NCBI GenBank assembly: GCA_964489725.1
Contig: CAZBAX010000005.1
Span: forward strand, 31,935 to 95,934
Length of the DNA stretch: 64,000 nucleotides
Reading direction: 5' to 3'
Source: an uncultured Anaerolinea sp.
Lineage (GTDB): Bacteria > Chloroflexota > Anaerolineae > Anaerolineales > Villigracilaceae
The translations under genes and the position numbers were made by a program. The notes under the pieces were generated by a model, which saw nothing but the letters and a program-made list of their open reading frames with translations, had not been told where the DNA came from and did no database searches. This document shows positions 44,250 to 53,302 of the stretch, piece by piece (the stretch's first letter is position 1; every line of letters starts with the position of its first letter).

Positions 44250-46409
44250 ATGCCCATGGCCGTTCCTACTGAATCAACGTTACTTGCTGAATTTACGTAC
44301 GAGCTTCGACCGGTTGAGCGTGGATATGCAAACCGCACGCTTTACGTCAATCTTGATACCAACACTATATACGAAAAGCCGGTCACGCAGCAGATGAAAG
44401 ACCGGTTCACCGGCGGCCGTGGGTTCGCGCTCAAACTGCTCTGGGATGCGGTCACACCCAACACGAAATGGGATGACAAGCAGAACGAACTGGTGATCGC
44501 TAACGGTCCGATCTGTGGCATTACGGCATACCCTGGAAGTGGAAAAGCCACAGTTGTGACCCTGAGTCCACTGACGGGCAATGTCATTGACAGCAATGTC
44601 GGTGGATACTTCAGTCCGTTCCTCAAGTTCTCTGGCTTCGACGCGCTCGAGATCCAGGGCAAGGCGGCTGAGGATGTGATCATCTTCATCGACGGCGATA
44701 CTGGCAAGGTCACGATCGAGCCGTATTCCTTTGAGCAGGAAGATTCGCATCTCATTGGAAACATGCTGACCGCCTTTTATGGTGGCGACGAGAAGGGCCG
44801 GCGCGGAGTCGCTGTCCTTTCTGCGGGGCAGGCTGCTGAGCATACGCGTATCGCCGCGATCAATTCCACCTGGTACGACGTTCGCCGCAAAGAAGCGCGC
44901 CTCAAGCAGGCCGGTCGCGGCGGCGCGGGACGTGTCTTCCGTGATAAGCATATCGCTGCGATCGTTTGCCGATTCAGTGATATGGGCGGTGACAAGAATA
45001 ATGTTGCTGATATGCCGCTCGTACGCAAGGCAGGGCAGCGCATCAACAAAGAGATCGCCGAACTCGACGACTCGCAGAACCAGATGCGCAGGATCGGCAC
45101 TGCCAACATCGTCGACGTGATGGATCACTTCGATCTGCTGCCGACCCATAACTTCCGCTTTGGCTCGCACCCCGAGTCCTATAAGATCGATTCGAAGGTC
45201 TGGAAGGAAAAGTTTACACAGGGCATGCCTGATGGATGCTGGCTGGGATGCACGATGTCCTGCTCGCATGGCGTGGATCAGTTCCCGGTCCAGACCGGGC
45301 CGTATGCCGGCACCTGCGTCACCGTCGATGGACCGGAATACGAGAACGCTGCCGGGCTGGGCTCCAACATCGGAAACTTTGATCCGCAAAAGGTTCTGGA
45401 ACTCAATTTTTATTGCGATACCTACGGCATCGATACCATCTCCGTCGCGAACTGTATCGCCTTTGCGATGGAATGTTACGAAGAAGGACTCATCACCCAA
45501 GAGAACACAGGCGGCCTGGAACTCAAGTTTGGCAATGCCGACGCTGCGCTTGAACTGTTACATCAAATGGCACGCGGTCAGGGATTTGGCGTTATCGTGG
45601 GCCAGGGCGTGCGCTACATGAAAGAATACTTCGCCCGCGAATTTGGCGCCGACCCGGTCTTCATGCACGACATCGGCATGGAGATCAAGGGCATGGAAGT
45701 TTCTGAATATCTCACCAAAGAATCACTTGCTCAACAGGGCGGTTACGGCCTTGCGACCAAAGGTCCGCAACATGATGAAGCGTGGCTGATCTTTATGGAT
45801 CAGATTCAAAACCTGCTCCCGAGCTTCAAAGACAAAGCGGAGGCGTTGCATTACTTCCCGATGTGGCGCACGTGGTTCAGCCTGCATGGGTTGTGCAAGC
45901 TTCCATGGAATGACATTTCGCCTGCCAACAACAAACAGACAAAGGAACCTGCCAAGGTCGAAGAGCATGTCGAGAACTACACATGGATCCACCAGGGCGT
46001 GACCGGCAAGCCGACCAAAGTCGAAGACCTGCTTGCACAATCAGAGCGTGTGTACAACTTCCAGAAAGTCTTCGCACTTCGCATGGGACGCGTCGGACGC
46101 AAGCACGATTATCCTCCGTATCGCGCCATGGGGCCGGTCACCAAACTCGAATACGAATCACGGCAGGACCGCTACGATGAACAGCTCAAGCGCTTGGTCC
46201 AACTGGATCCCACAGAATTGACCACCGAAGAAAAGATGAAAGCATTGCGTCAATATCGCGAAGCCCAATACGAATCGCTCATGGATGCGGTCTATGAACG
46301 CCGCGGCTGGGATGCGAACGGCATTCCCACCGTGGAGAAACTCGGCGCCCTTGGCATGGACTTGCCGGAGCTGATCGAAGTTGTGGAAGAGGCGAAGAAG
46401 AAAGTTTAA
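44250..46409 (+). CDS. Aldehyde:ferredoxin oxidoreductase family (tungstopterin) enzyme, long YdhV-like form
   Basis: AOR N-terminal domain (YANRTLYVNLDT...GGRGF), Cys cluster CWLGCTMSC and AAGGAGAA SD. Confidence 0.9.
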   Translation: MPMAVPTESTLLAEFTYELRPVERGYANRTLYVNLDTNTIYEKPVTQQMKDRFTGGRGFALKLLWDAVTPNTKWDDKQNELVIANGPICGITAYPGSGKATVVTLSPLTGNVIDSNVGGYFSPFLKFSGFDALEIQGKAAEDVIIFIDGDTGKVTIEPYSFEQEDSHLIGNMLTAFYGGDEKGRRGVAVLSAGQAAEHTRIAAINSTWYDVRRKEARLKQAGRGGAGRVFRDKHIAAIVCRFSDMGGDKNNVADMPLVRKAGQRINKEIAELDDSQNQMRRIGTANIVDVMDHFDLLPTHNFRFGSHPESYKIDSKVWKEKFTQGMPDGCWLGCTMSCSHGVDQFPVQTGPYAGTCVTVDGPEYENAAGLGSNIGNFDPQKVLELNFYCDTYGIDTISVANCIAFAMECYEEGLITQENTGGLELKFGNADAALELLHQMARGQGFGVIVGQGVRYMKEYFAREFGADPVFMHDIGMEIKGMEVSEYLTKESLAQQGGYGLATKGPQHDEAWLIFMDQIQNLLPSFKDKAEALHYFPMWRTWFSLHGLCKLPWNDISPANNKQTKEPAKVEEHVENYTWIHQGVTGKPTKVEDLLAQSERVYNFQKVFALRMGRVGRKHDYPPYRAMGPVTKLEYESRQDRYDEQLKRLVQLDPTELTTEEKMKALRQYREAQYESLMDAVYERRGWDANGIPTVEKLGALGMDLPELIEVVEEAKKKV

Positions 46410-46442
46410 CGCGATGCTGCGGGGCATATCGCAAACCTGATA

Positions 46443-46458
46443 GCGACATAAATGTCGC
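46443..46458. repeat. Family-C hairpin unit gcgacataaatgtcgc
   Basis: Same self-complementary unit as 28031-28048. Confidence 0.5.
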
Positions 46459-46471
46459 GGTACCAAATATG

Positions 46472-46502
46472 ATGCCGACTCCGTTGAGTCGGCATTTTCT
46501 TT
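46472..46502 (+). terminator. Rho-independent terminator after the AOR gene
   Basis: Stem atgccgactc / gagtcggcat, loop cgtt, then ttttctttc. Confidence 0.8.
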
Positions 46503-46563
46503 CACCGCTGACTTTTCGCTTCTTACCTTTTACTTTTCACTTTTCCCTTCTCCCCCGCCTCCC
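46497..46563 (+). repeat. Family-D polypyrimidine tract, copy D4
   Basis: ctttcaccgctgacttttcgcttcttaccttttacttttcacttttcccttctcccccgcctccc. Confidence 0.55.
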
Positions 46564-46579
46564 AATCTATCTCAGCGTG

Positions 46580-46585
46580 TATAAT
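46580..46585 (+). promoter_or_regulatory. -10 hexamer TATAAT 7 nt upstream of ATG 46593
   Basis: tataat, then tctcgca, then ATG. No SD. Confidence 0.5.
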
Positions 46586-46592
46586 TCTCGCA

Positions 46593-47009
46593 ATGGAAGA
46601 ACAACATCTTACATTCAAACCCTTCGCACTTTCATCTCTGTTCCTCATGGTCCTCGGGTGGGGTGGGCTGTATTTCGTGATCACACAAACTCTTCCGTAT
46701 GTCTGGCCGCGCTGGGGATTCTTCGTGCTTGCACTGACGGCGCTTACCGGCACCGTGCTGCCCATCGTCTATTTCCTGCATCGACGTTTTCCCGGTGACA
46801 AGCCTGCCGAATCAAATGTGATCGTCCGCCAGGCCATGTGGGTTGGTGTTTACGGAGCGACGCTTGCCTGGCTGCAAATCGGGCGACTCGTGACGGTCTA
46901 TATCGTCCTCGGTCTCGCGGGCGGCCTGGCCGCTCTGGAATACTTCACGCGCCTGCGCGAAAAATCGCACTGGAAACCTCCCGTCACCGACGATGACCAG
47001 CCTTCGTGA
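46593..47009 (+). CDS. Hypothetical membrane protein (4 TM)
   Basis: Hydrophobic helices. The 3' end overlaps selA by 17 nt. Confidence 0.6.
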   Translation: MEEQHLTFKPFALSSLFLMVLGWGGLYFVITQTLPYVWPRWGFFVLALTALTGTVLPIVYFLHRRFPGDKPAESNVIVRQAMWVGVYGATLAWLQIGRLVTVYIVLGLAGGLAALEYFTRLREKSHWKPPVTDDDQPS

Positions 47010-48345
47010 TCTTCCCTCTGTTGAACAACTCTTAAACGCTCCGCCTGCGGATCATCTCATCGAAGAGTTTGGCCGCCCGTTGACACTGGATGCGCTCCGA
47101 TGGACTCTGGACGAAGCCCGCGCCCGCTTCAAGACCAAGCCGGAAGCTGGGCTGCCTTCGACAGACGATATCGTAGCCCAGGCCGCATCTCAACTTGCCG
47201 CATGGACAAGCTCAACGCTGCAGCCGGTCATCAACGCGACCGGTGTGATCCTGCATACCAACCTTGGACGTGCTCCGTTATCGACTGCTGCCATCCAGGC
47301 AATGCAGGATGTTGCAGCCAGCTACTCGACTCTCGAATATGACCTGGATAAAGGGCAGCGCGGTTCACGGTTGATCCATGCGGAGGCGATCTTGCGAAAA
47401 TTGCTGGGCGTGGAATCAGCGATCGTCGTGAACAATAACGCATCCGCTGTGCTGCTGGTGCTTTCGGCGCTGGCAAACAAAAAACGGGTTGTCATCTCGC
47501 GCACGCAGCTCGTGGAGATCGGCGGCGGATTCCGCGTGCCAGATGTGATGAAGCAATCCGGCGCCAGGCTCGTTGAGATCGGCGCCACCAACAAAGTCCG
47601 CTTGTCTGATTACGAATTGGCTCTCGAAGAACCCACAGCGCTTGTGATGCGTGCCCATCGCAGCAACTTCAAGCTTGTCGGCTTCACCGAAGAACCTGAA
47701 CTCAGCGAGATCGTAGATGTCGCTCATGCAGCCGGCATCAATGTAGTGGACGATCTTGGCTCCGGCGCATTGCTTGACACCGCAAAATATGGATTTGCTC
47801 ACGAACCCACTGTGCAGGAATCTCTGGCTGCCGGTGTAGACCTGGTCTGCTTCTCTGGTGACAAGCTGCTGGGCGGCCCGCAGGCGGGGATCGTTGTCGG
47901 CAGGAAGGACCTGATCGACAGGATCAGGAAACATCCGCTGGCGCGCGCGGTCCGTGCCGATAAGACGTGCCTGGCGGGAGTCACCGCCACATTGCTGCAC
48001 TATCTCACGGACGAGGCGGAGCGGGAAATTCCCATCTGGAAGATGATGTCGTTAACGCCCGAGCAGGTCTGGGTCCGGGCAGAGGCGTGGCGGAATGCCT
48101 TGGGGCAGGGGGAAGTCGTTCCGTCAGAATCCACGGTAGGCGGTGGCAGCCTGCCTGAGGAATCCATATCCACGTTTGTGCTGGCATTGGACGTCAAATC
48201 GCCAGATAAATTCATGAAAAAACTGCGTGAAACGAGTCCGCCGATCATCGCTCGAACCGAGAACAACCGGGTATTGTTCGATCCGCATACAGTTCTTGAT
48301 GATGAATTGTTCTTGAGAAGTCTGCGAAAGGCACTGAATCTTTGA
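46993..48345 (+). CDS. selA: L-seryl-tRNA(Sec) selenium transferase
   Basis: VINATGVILHTNLGRAPLS and PLP-lysine context FSGDKLLGGPQAGIVVG. Confidence 0.9.
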   Translation: MTSLRDLPSVEQLLNAPPADHLIEEFGRPLTLDALRWTLDEARARFKTKPEAGLPSTDDIVAQAASQLAAWTSSTLQPVINATGVILHTNLGRAPLSTAAIQAMQDVAASYSTLEYDLDKGQRGSRLIHAEAILRKLLGVESAIVVNNNASAVLLVLSALANKKRVVISRTQLVEIGGGFRVPDVMKQSGARLVEIGATNKVRLSDYELALEEPTALVMRAHRSNFKLVGFTEEPELSEIVDVAHAAGINVVDDLGSGALLDTAKYGFAHEPTVQESLAAGVDLVCFSGDKLLGGPQAGIVVGRKDLIDRIRKHPLARAVRADKTCLAGVTATLLHYLTDEAEREIPIWKMMSLTPEQVWVRAEAWRNALGQGEVVPSESTVGGGSLPEESISTFVLALDVKSPDKFMKKLRETSPPIIARTENNRVLFDPHTVLDDELFLRSLRKALNL

Positions 48346-48392
48346 ACTGTCTGTCTTCTACTGAGTTTTGAAAAAATAATGTCAATCTTTTC

Positions 48393-48512
48393 CCGTCATT
48401 GCGAGTGGTGCCTGGGGCGCCACGAAGCAATCTTCAGTTCTGTAACCAGTTTTACCGGAAAATTGAGCCGAAGATTGCTTCGTCGGGAAGGCCGCCCTCC
48501 TCGCAATGACGG
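48393..48512. repeat. Family-A element, copy A6
   Basis: ccgtcattgcgagtggtgcctggggcgccacgaagcaatc ... gattgcttcgtcgggaaggccgccctcctcgcaatgacgg. Confidence 0.8.
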
Positions 48513-48646
48513 AAACGAGAGACTCATGATATTCAGAACTCAGTAATTTACGCTCATCTCTGCTAAGCAGCTAAACATTCGCGCAGAGTAGCGGAATCAT
48601 TTTGCGCCATTCGCCCATTCGCGAGTTTCGCGTTAAGAGAATTTTT

Positions 48647-49231
48647 ATGATTACTGTTGACATTCCAATTAGAGACCCGAAGAAACCACCCAAACTGAAC
48701 TTCCCTGATCGCTGCAACAATTGTGGCCAACCCAAAGCGCGGACTTGGTCGATAAAGCTGAATACAGGCGCCCAGAAACGTGGACAAATGGTGCAGCTTG
48801 AACTCGACGTACCCTTGTGTGCGGATTGTATTGCGAAAGAGAATCGAATCGGCAACGTCACCTGGATCCCCTTCTTTCTTGCCGGGTTACTGGTTTGTGC
48901 GGTCGTGTTTGTTCCGGTCTGGCTGATTTCACCGGTGGGTCCCACGCCGCAGACGTATGAGCTGCCCTACGTGCTTGGCGCAGCTGCCGGCCTGGTTGCA
49001 GGCATAATCATCGGGACTTTGGTAGAATTTGGACTGAAATTGCTGCTGGCGCCAGTGTACGGGAAATTACTGCTGCAGCGCCCACTGACGATCTTCTCAG
49101 TGCTTGCTGACTCCGAAAATTTGATCGGCATTTCCACCCGCTTTGCAGAGAATCGAAAAATCTTAAAACTCACATTTGAGAACGACGAAATTGCGCGAGA
49201 GTTCATTGCGATGAACCCGCAGGAGATTTGA
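48647..49231 (+). CDS. Hypothetical protein: N-terminal zinc-ribbon-like CxxC...CxxC plus two TM helices
   Basis: CNNCGQ...CADCI and hydrophobic helices. Start at the first ATG; no clear SD. Confidence 0.55.
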   Translation: MITVDIPIRDPKKPPKLNFPDRCNNCGQPKARTWSIKLNTGAQKRGQMVQLELDVPLCADCIAKENRIGNVTWIPFFLAGLLVCAVVFVPVWLISPVGPTPQTYELPYVLGAAAGLVAGIIIGTLVEFGLKLLLAPVYGKLLLQRPLTIFSVLADSENLIGISTRFAENRKILKLTFENDEIAREFIAMNPQEI

Positions 49232-50487
49232 TGAAATCAGACATCGACACATTGATGAAGGCTCGCAATCTGGATGCTTTGCTCGTCTTCGGCGACGCCG
49301 AACACAACCCTCCGATGTATTATTTTACCGGCGGCGGCCATGTGAGCGGCGCGATGCTCATTAAAAAGGTGGGTGCTGAGCCGGTACTGTTCTATAACGA
49401 TATGGAGCGCGACGAGGCAGCCAGGAGTGGATTGAAGACAGTTTCCTATAGCGAATATCCTGCTTCTGATTTCATGGACCAAGCCGATGGCGATGCTTCG
49501 CTTGGCACGGCCCTGCGTTTTAAGAAGATCCTTGCCGACCATGGTTTAACTGGTGGAAGAATTGCCCTGTTTGGCAAGATCGAGCTTTCACAGGTGTTTG
49601 GTATCGTGATGAAACTCATGCAAGTGATGCCAGAGGCTCAGTTTATTGGTGAAACAGGATCTGACTCCACGGTCCTGCGCGCCATGGAAACCAAGGACGA
49701 TGTGGAAGTGGCCCGCATCCGCAAGATGGGCGCTGTGACGACAACGGTTGTCAAGATGGTTCAGGAGTATCTGACGTCCTGCGATGTGCGCGAAGATGAG
49801 GTGCTTGTAAAAGAGGATGGAAGTCCGCTGACGATTGGCGACGTGAAAGGCAAAATAGCCCTCTGGCTTGCCGAGCGCGATGCTGTGGATGTGGAAGGAC
49901 TTATCTTTGCCATCGGGCGCGATGCCGGAATTCCACATTCTGTTGGCGACCCGGCGGATCTGATGAAATTAGGACAGACCATTGTCTTCGACATCTTTCC
50001 CGCAGAGAAGGGCGGCGGTTACTTTTATGATTTTACGCGTACATGGAGTCTCGGTTATGCGACGCCCGAGGCGCAGGCGATGTATGATCAGGTACAGGAA
50101 GTCTATAACAAGGTTGTCGAAAATCTGGACCTAAACGCATCCTTCGTTGAGTACCAGCGTATGACCTGTGAATACTTTGAGTCAAAGGGTCACAAGACGC
50201 CTTTGAGCGTAGATGCACCGCTGGAAGGCTATGTGCATTCACTGGGACACGGCCTGGGGCTGAACATCCACGAACGCCCATCCTCGCGCCTGGTGGATAA
50301 CGGCACCGATAACATTCTCAAGCCCGGCGTGGTGATCACCATCGAACCCGGCTTGTATTATCCCGATAAAGGGATGGGTTTCCGCATCGAAGATTCGTAT
50401 TGGGTGCGACCGGATGGGAAGATGGAGTTGCTTGCGGAGTATCCATATGATTTTGTGCTGCCGATGAAGAAGTGGAAAAAGGAGTAG
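49228..50487 (+). CDS. M24-family metallopeptidase (Xaa-Pro aminopeptidase-like)
   Basis: HSLGHGLGLNIHERP and EPGLY..., with an AGGAG SD. The start overlaps the preceding stop. Confidence 0.85.
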   Translation: MMKSDIDTLMKARNLDALLVFGDAEHNPPMYYFTGGGHVSGAMLIKKVGAEPVLFYNDMERDEAARSGLKTVSYSEYPASDFMDQADGDASLGTALRFKKILADHGLTGGRIALFGKIELSQVFGIVMKLMQVMPEAQFIGETGSDSTVLRAMETKDDVEVARIRKMGAVTTTVVKMVQEYLTSCDVREDEVLVKEDGSPLTIGDVKGKIALWLAERDAVDVEGLIFAIGRDAGIPHSVGDPADLMKLGQTIVFDIFPAEKGGGYFYDFTRTWSLGYATPEAQAMYDQVQEVYNKVVENLDLNASFVEYQRMTCEYFESKGHKTPLSVDAPLEGYVHSLGHGLGLNIHERPSSRLVDNGTDNILKPGVVITIEPGLYYPDKGMGFRIEDSYWVRPDGKMELLAEYPYDFVLPMKKWKKE

Positions 50488-50490
50488 CGT

Positions 50491-50631
50491 GTCATTGCGA
50501 GGAGGATCCGCGCTGAGCGGAGCGAGTGAGAACGAGCGAAGACGAAGCGTGAGTAACGATGCAATCTCCTCGACAATGAGATTTCCCTACGATACGGGAG
50601 ATTGTGCCGCCACGGCGCCACTCGCAATGAC
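50491..50631. repeat. Family-A element, copy A7 (long form)
   Basis: gtcattgcgagg ... ggagattgtgccgccacggcgccactcgcaatgac. It fills almost the whole pepP-tsaD spacer. Confidence 0.75.
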
Positions 50632-50642
50632 ATGAACTTACC

Positions 50643-51671
50643 ATGAGTGGATTTAAACCCGCCCGAATTCTTGCTATCGAAACATCCTGTGATGAAACCG
50701 CCTGCGCTGTCATCGAGAACGGACGCGCGCTCTTAGCGTCTACAGTTGCGTCGCAGATGGATATCCATGCGCGCTACGGCGGCGTGTTCCCTGAGGTCGC
50801 GTCGCGGCAGCATGTGTTGAGCATTATTCCCGTTGTCGAACAAACACTGGTCCAATCGAATATTACACTGAAAGATGTTGACGCCATCGCGGTGACGCGC
50901 GGCCCGGGGCTTGCCGGCTCATTAGTGGTCGGCATGAACATGGCGAAGGGACTGGCGCTCGGCACCGACCTGCCGCTGATCGGTGTCAATCATCTCGAAG
51001 GGCACATTTATTCGTCCTGGATCCATAATGCTGGCGATACTGCTCCTCTGGAACCACAATTTCCATTGATGGCTTTGCTCGTCTCCGGTGGACACACCGA
51101 ACTGAACCTGATGACCGATCATCTGACCTACAAACGTCTCGGGTCCACGCGGGACGATGCAGCGGGTGAGGCCTTCGACAAGGTGGCGCGCCTGCTGGGG
51201 CTCCCATACCCAGGCGGGCCGTCCGTGCAGAAGGCCGCCGAGAAAGGCGACTCAGCGCGCTTCAAATTCCCGCGCCCTAAATTGGAGAATCCGTACGACT
51301 TTTCATTCAGTGGGCTGAAAACGGCAGTGCTGTATCTGGTCAATGATTTGAAGAAACAACATACCGCGCTGCCCGTGGAAGACATCGCTGCATCATTCCA
51401 GGCTGCGGCGGTCGATATTCTTTTCCACAAGACCATTCAGGCAGCACGCGACTTCAGTGCCAAAGAGATCCTTGTTGCCGGCGGCGTCTCGGCGAACCGG
51501 GCGCTACGGCAGGCCTTCCAATCGCAAACAGAATTCCGAGTGCATATCCCGGCGTTTTCGTTGTGCACCGATAACGCGGCGATGATCGCCTCAGCAGGAT
51601 ATTTCCGCTATGTGCTCGGTCATACTTCGGATCTGGGGATGGATGTGCAGCCGACCTGGCCGCTATCGTAA
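50643..51671 (+). CDS. tsaD: tRNA N6-adenosine threonylcarbamoyltransferase
   Basis: ILAIETSCDETA, GVNHLEGH and SGGHT motifs. Confidence 0.95.
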   Translation: MSGFKPARILAIETSCDETACAVIENGRALLASTVASQMDIHARYGGVFPEVASRQHVLSIIPVVEQTLVQSNITLKDVDAIAVTRGPGLAGSLVVGMNMAKGLALGTDLPLIGVNHLEGHIYSSWIHNAGDTAPLEPQFPLMALLVSGGHTELNLMTDHLTYKRLGSTRDDAAGEAFDKVARLLGLPYPGGPSVQKAAEKGDSARFKFPRPKLENPYDFSFSGLKTAVLYLVNDLKKQHTALPVEDIAASFQAAAVDILFHKTIQAARDFSAKEILVAGGVSANRALRQAFQSQTEFRVHIPAFSLCTDNAAMIASAGYFRYVLGHTSDLGMDVQPTWPLS

Positions 51672-51673
51672 AT

Positions 51674-51695
51674 AAAACCCTGCGCAGGGTTTTTG
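51674..51695 (+). terminator. Terminator after tsaD
   Basis: aaaaccctg cg cagggtttt. Confidence 0.8.
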
Positions 51696-51700
51696 ATGTT

Positions 51701-51744
51701 AAAACCCAAACCGCCCTTGGCTTGCCCGAGCCGTAGGCGGTTTG
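51701..51744 (-). terminator. Probable terminator for the minus-strand tsaC operon
   Basis: Stem caaaccgcc / ggcggtttg (51707-51744). On the minus strand it is followed by ggtttt. Confidence 0.6.
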
Positions 51745-51835
51745 TAAAGGAGAATGCAATCTTTATTATAGTCCGGCACTTTAGTCAAAGCTGAAATCCT
51801 CTTTAACATTGCATAAGAGAATCAGGGCTGGAAAT

Positions 51836-52450
51836 TTAGATTGCATTAAGCAATATTTCCTTTGAAAGCGGACCTTCACGCAAAATCTGGATTTCCTCAC
51901 CAGTGCAGTCCACCAGCGTGGATGGAACGCCGCCCGGTGTTTCGCCTCCGTCGATGATCAAAGCGACGCGTCCGTTGAGCTGTGCGAACACCTGTTGCGC
52001 GGTTGTCGGGCTGGGATGGCCGGAAAGGTTGGCGGAGGTCACCGCCATAGGACCGGCCAGCCTTAACAACGAGCGCGCGACATCATGGTCTGGGACGCGC
52101 ACGCCGACGGTGGTCGTGGCAGAGATGACTTCGGGGAGAGTTTGCCTTTTGGGGACGAGAACGGTCAGAGGTCCCGGCCAGAAGCGGGCGACAAGCTTCA
52201 TCGCGAACAGCGGAACTTCCTCCGCGACGCGAGTGAGATCCGGAGAGTCGCCGATCAGGATGGGAATCGCCTTTTCTATCGAGCGCTCTTTGGCAATATA
52301 GATCGATTCAATGGCTTTTTCGTGAAATGCCAGCGAGCCAACTCCGTATACGGTGTCGGTGGGGAACGCAACCAATCCACCAGAGAGCAGGATCTCCAGA
52401 GCGGTTGTGATGGCATTGGGGGAGTCGGCGGTAAGGATTTTTGTTTCCAT
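51836..52450 (-). CDS. tsaC: L-threonylcarbamoyladenylate synthase (YwlC/TsaC type)
   Basis: FPTDTVYGVG and the SANLSG motif. Confidence 0.9.
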   Translation of the reverse strand: METKILTADSPNAITTALEILLSGGLVAFPTDTVYGVGSLAFHEKAIESIYIAKERSIEKAIPILIGDSPDLTRVAEEVPLFAMKLVARFWPGPLTVLVPKRQTLPEVISATTTVGVRVPDHDVARSLLRLAGPMAVTSANLSGHPSPTTAQQVFAQLNGRVALIIDGGETPGGVPSTLVDCTGEEIQILREGPLSKEILLNAI

Positions 52451-52452
52451 GG

Positions 52453-53301
52453 TTATCGTCTGATCTCAAGCAGCCGGTCGTTGCCTGTCAGGTCCTGATG
52501 CAAGTGGATCTCTGCTTCAGAAAAAATGTTGCCGGCAAGATCAAGCGCCTGCCTGCCGGTTGTGGCTTCGATTTCAAGGAGGATCATCGCATTTGGCGCA
52601 AGCCATGCGGGTGCGATGTTGAGCAATCTGTGGATCAATGCAAGCCCGTCTTCGCCGCCATCAAGCGCGAGCGTTGGTTCACGCCCATATACAGGCAGAG
52701 TATACAATGTTTCGGTGGGGATGTACGGCAGGTTTGCGCAAAGCAGATCGAGATGTTGGTAAGTAGGAAACAATCCCGGTTTCGATGGCAGGAGATCGCA
52801 TTCCACGAATTCGATGCGCGAATCCACGTTAAATTTCCTGGCATTTCGTTTGGCAACATCCAGAGCGCTGCTGGAAAAATCGGTGGCAAGAATTCCTGCA
52901 TCAGGAATATTCGCGGCAATTGCACTCGCAATCGCACCTGAACCTGTGCCGACATCGGCAATTGTCCTGCGGGCGGGATATTTCCGCAGCCAGGCAATTG
53001 CACTCTCGACCAACAGTTCCGTTTCCGGGCGAGGGATCAACACGTCAGGCGTGACATCCAGATCGAGCCCAAAAAACTCCCAATGACCCAACACATACGG
53101 CAATGGTTCGCCGCTGACAAGTCTTGAAATCAGATCGTTTAGTGTGCTCTGTTGTTTTGCTGTGGTGGTGAATTCGGGATGAGCCAACACCCACGTGCGC
53201 GGTTTCTCGATGACGTGGGCGAGCAGAACGGACGCGTCCAGGGCCGGCGTGTCACTGGTCGAAGAGAGACGAGATGTGATCTCCGAAAGAAGCGAGGGCA
53301 T
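52453..53301 (-). CDS. prmC: Release-factor glutamine N5-methyltransferase
   Basis: SAM motif DVGTGSGAI and a motif IV variant NLPYIP. Start at ATG 53301, 1 nt after the speB stop. Confidence 0.85.
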   Translation of the reverse strand: MPSLLSEITSRLSSTSDTPALDASVLLAHVIEKPRTWVLAHPEFTTTAKQQSTLNDLISRLVSGEPLPYVLGHWEFFGLDLDVTPDVLIPRPETELLVESAIAWLRKYPARRTIADVGTGSGAIASAIAANIPDAGILATDFSSSALDVAKRNARKFNVDSRIEFVECDLLPSKPGLFPTYQHLDLLCANLPYIPTETLYTLPVYGREPTLALDGGEDGLALIHRLLNIAPAWLAPNAMILLEIEATTGRQALDLAGNIFSEAEIHLHQDLTGNDRLLEIRR

Positions 53302-53302
53302 C

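Noticed and set aside
44280-45500. 406-aa antisense ORF inside the AOR gene. Similar long antisense ORFs occur at 18532-19404, 54688-55440, 57325-57921, 10772-11386 and 16232-16711.
   Set aside because: They lie opposite strongly supported genes, have Arg/Ser/Gly-rich junk-like composition and lack SD or promoter signals. Such ORFs are typical of GC-rich codon usage.
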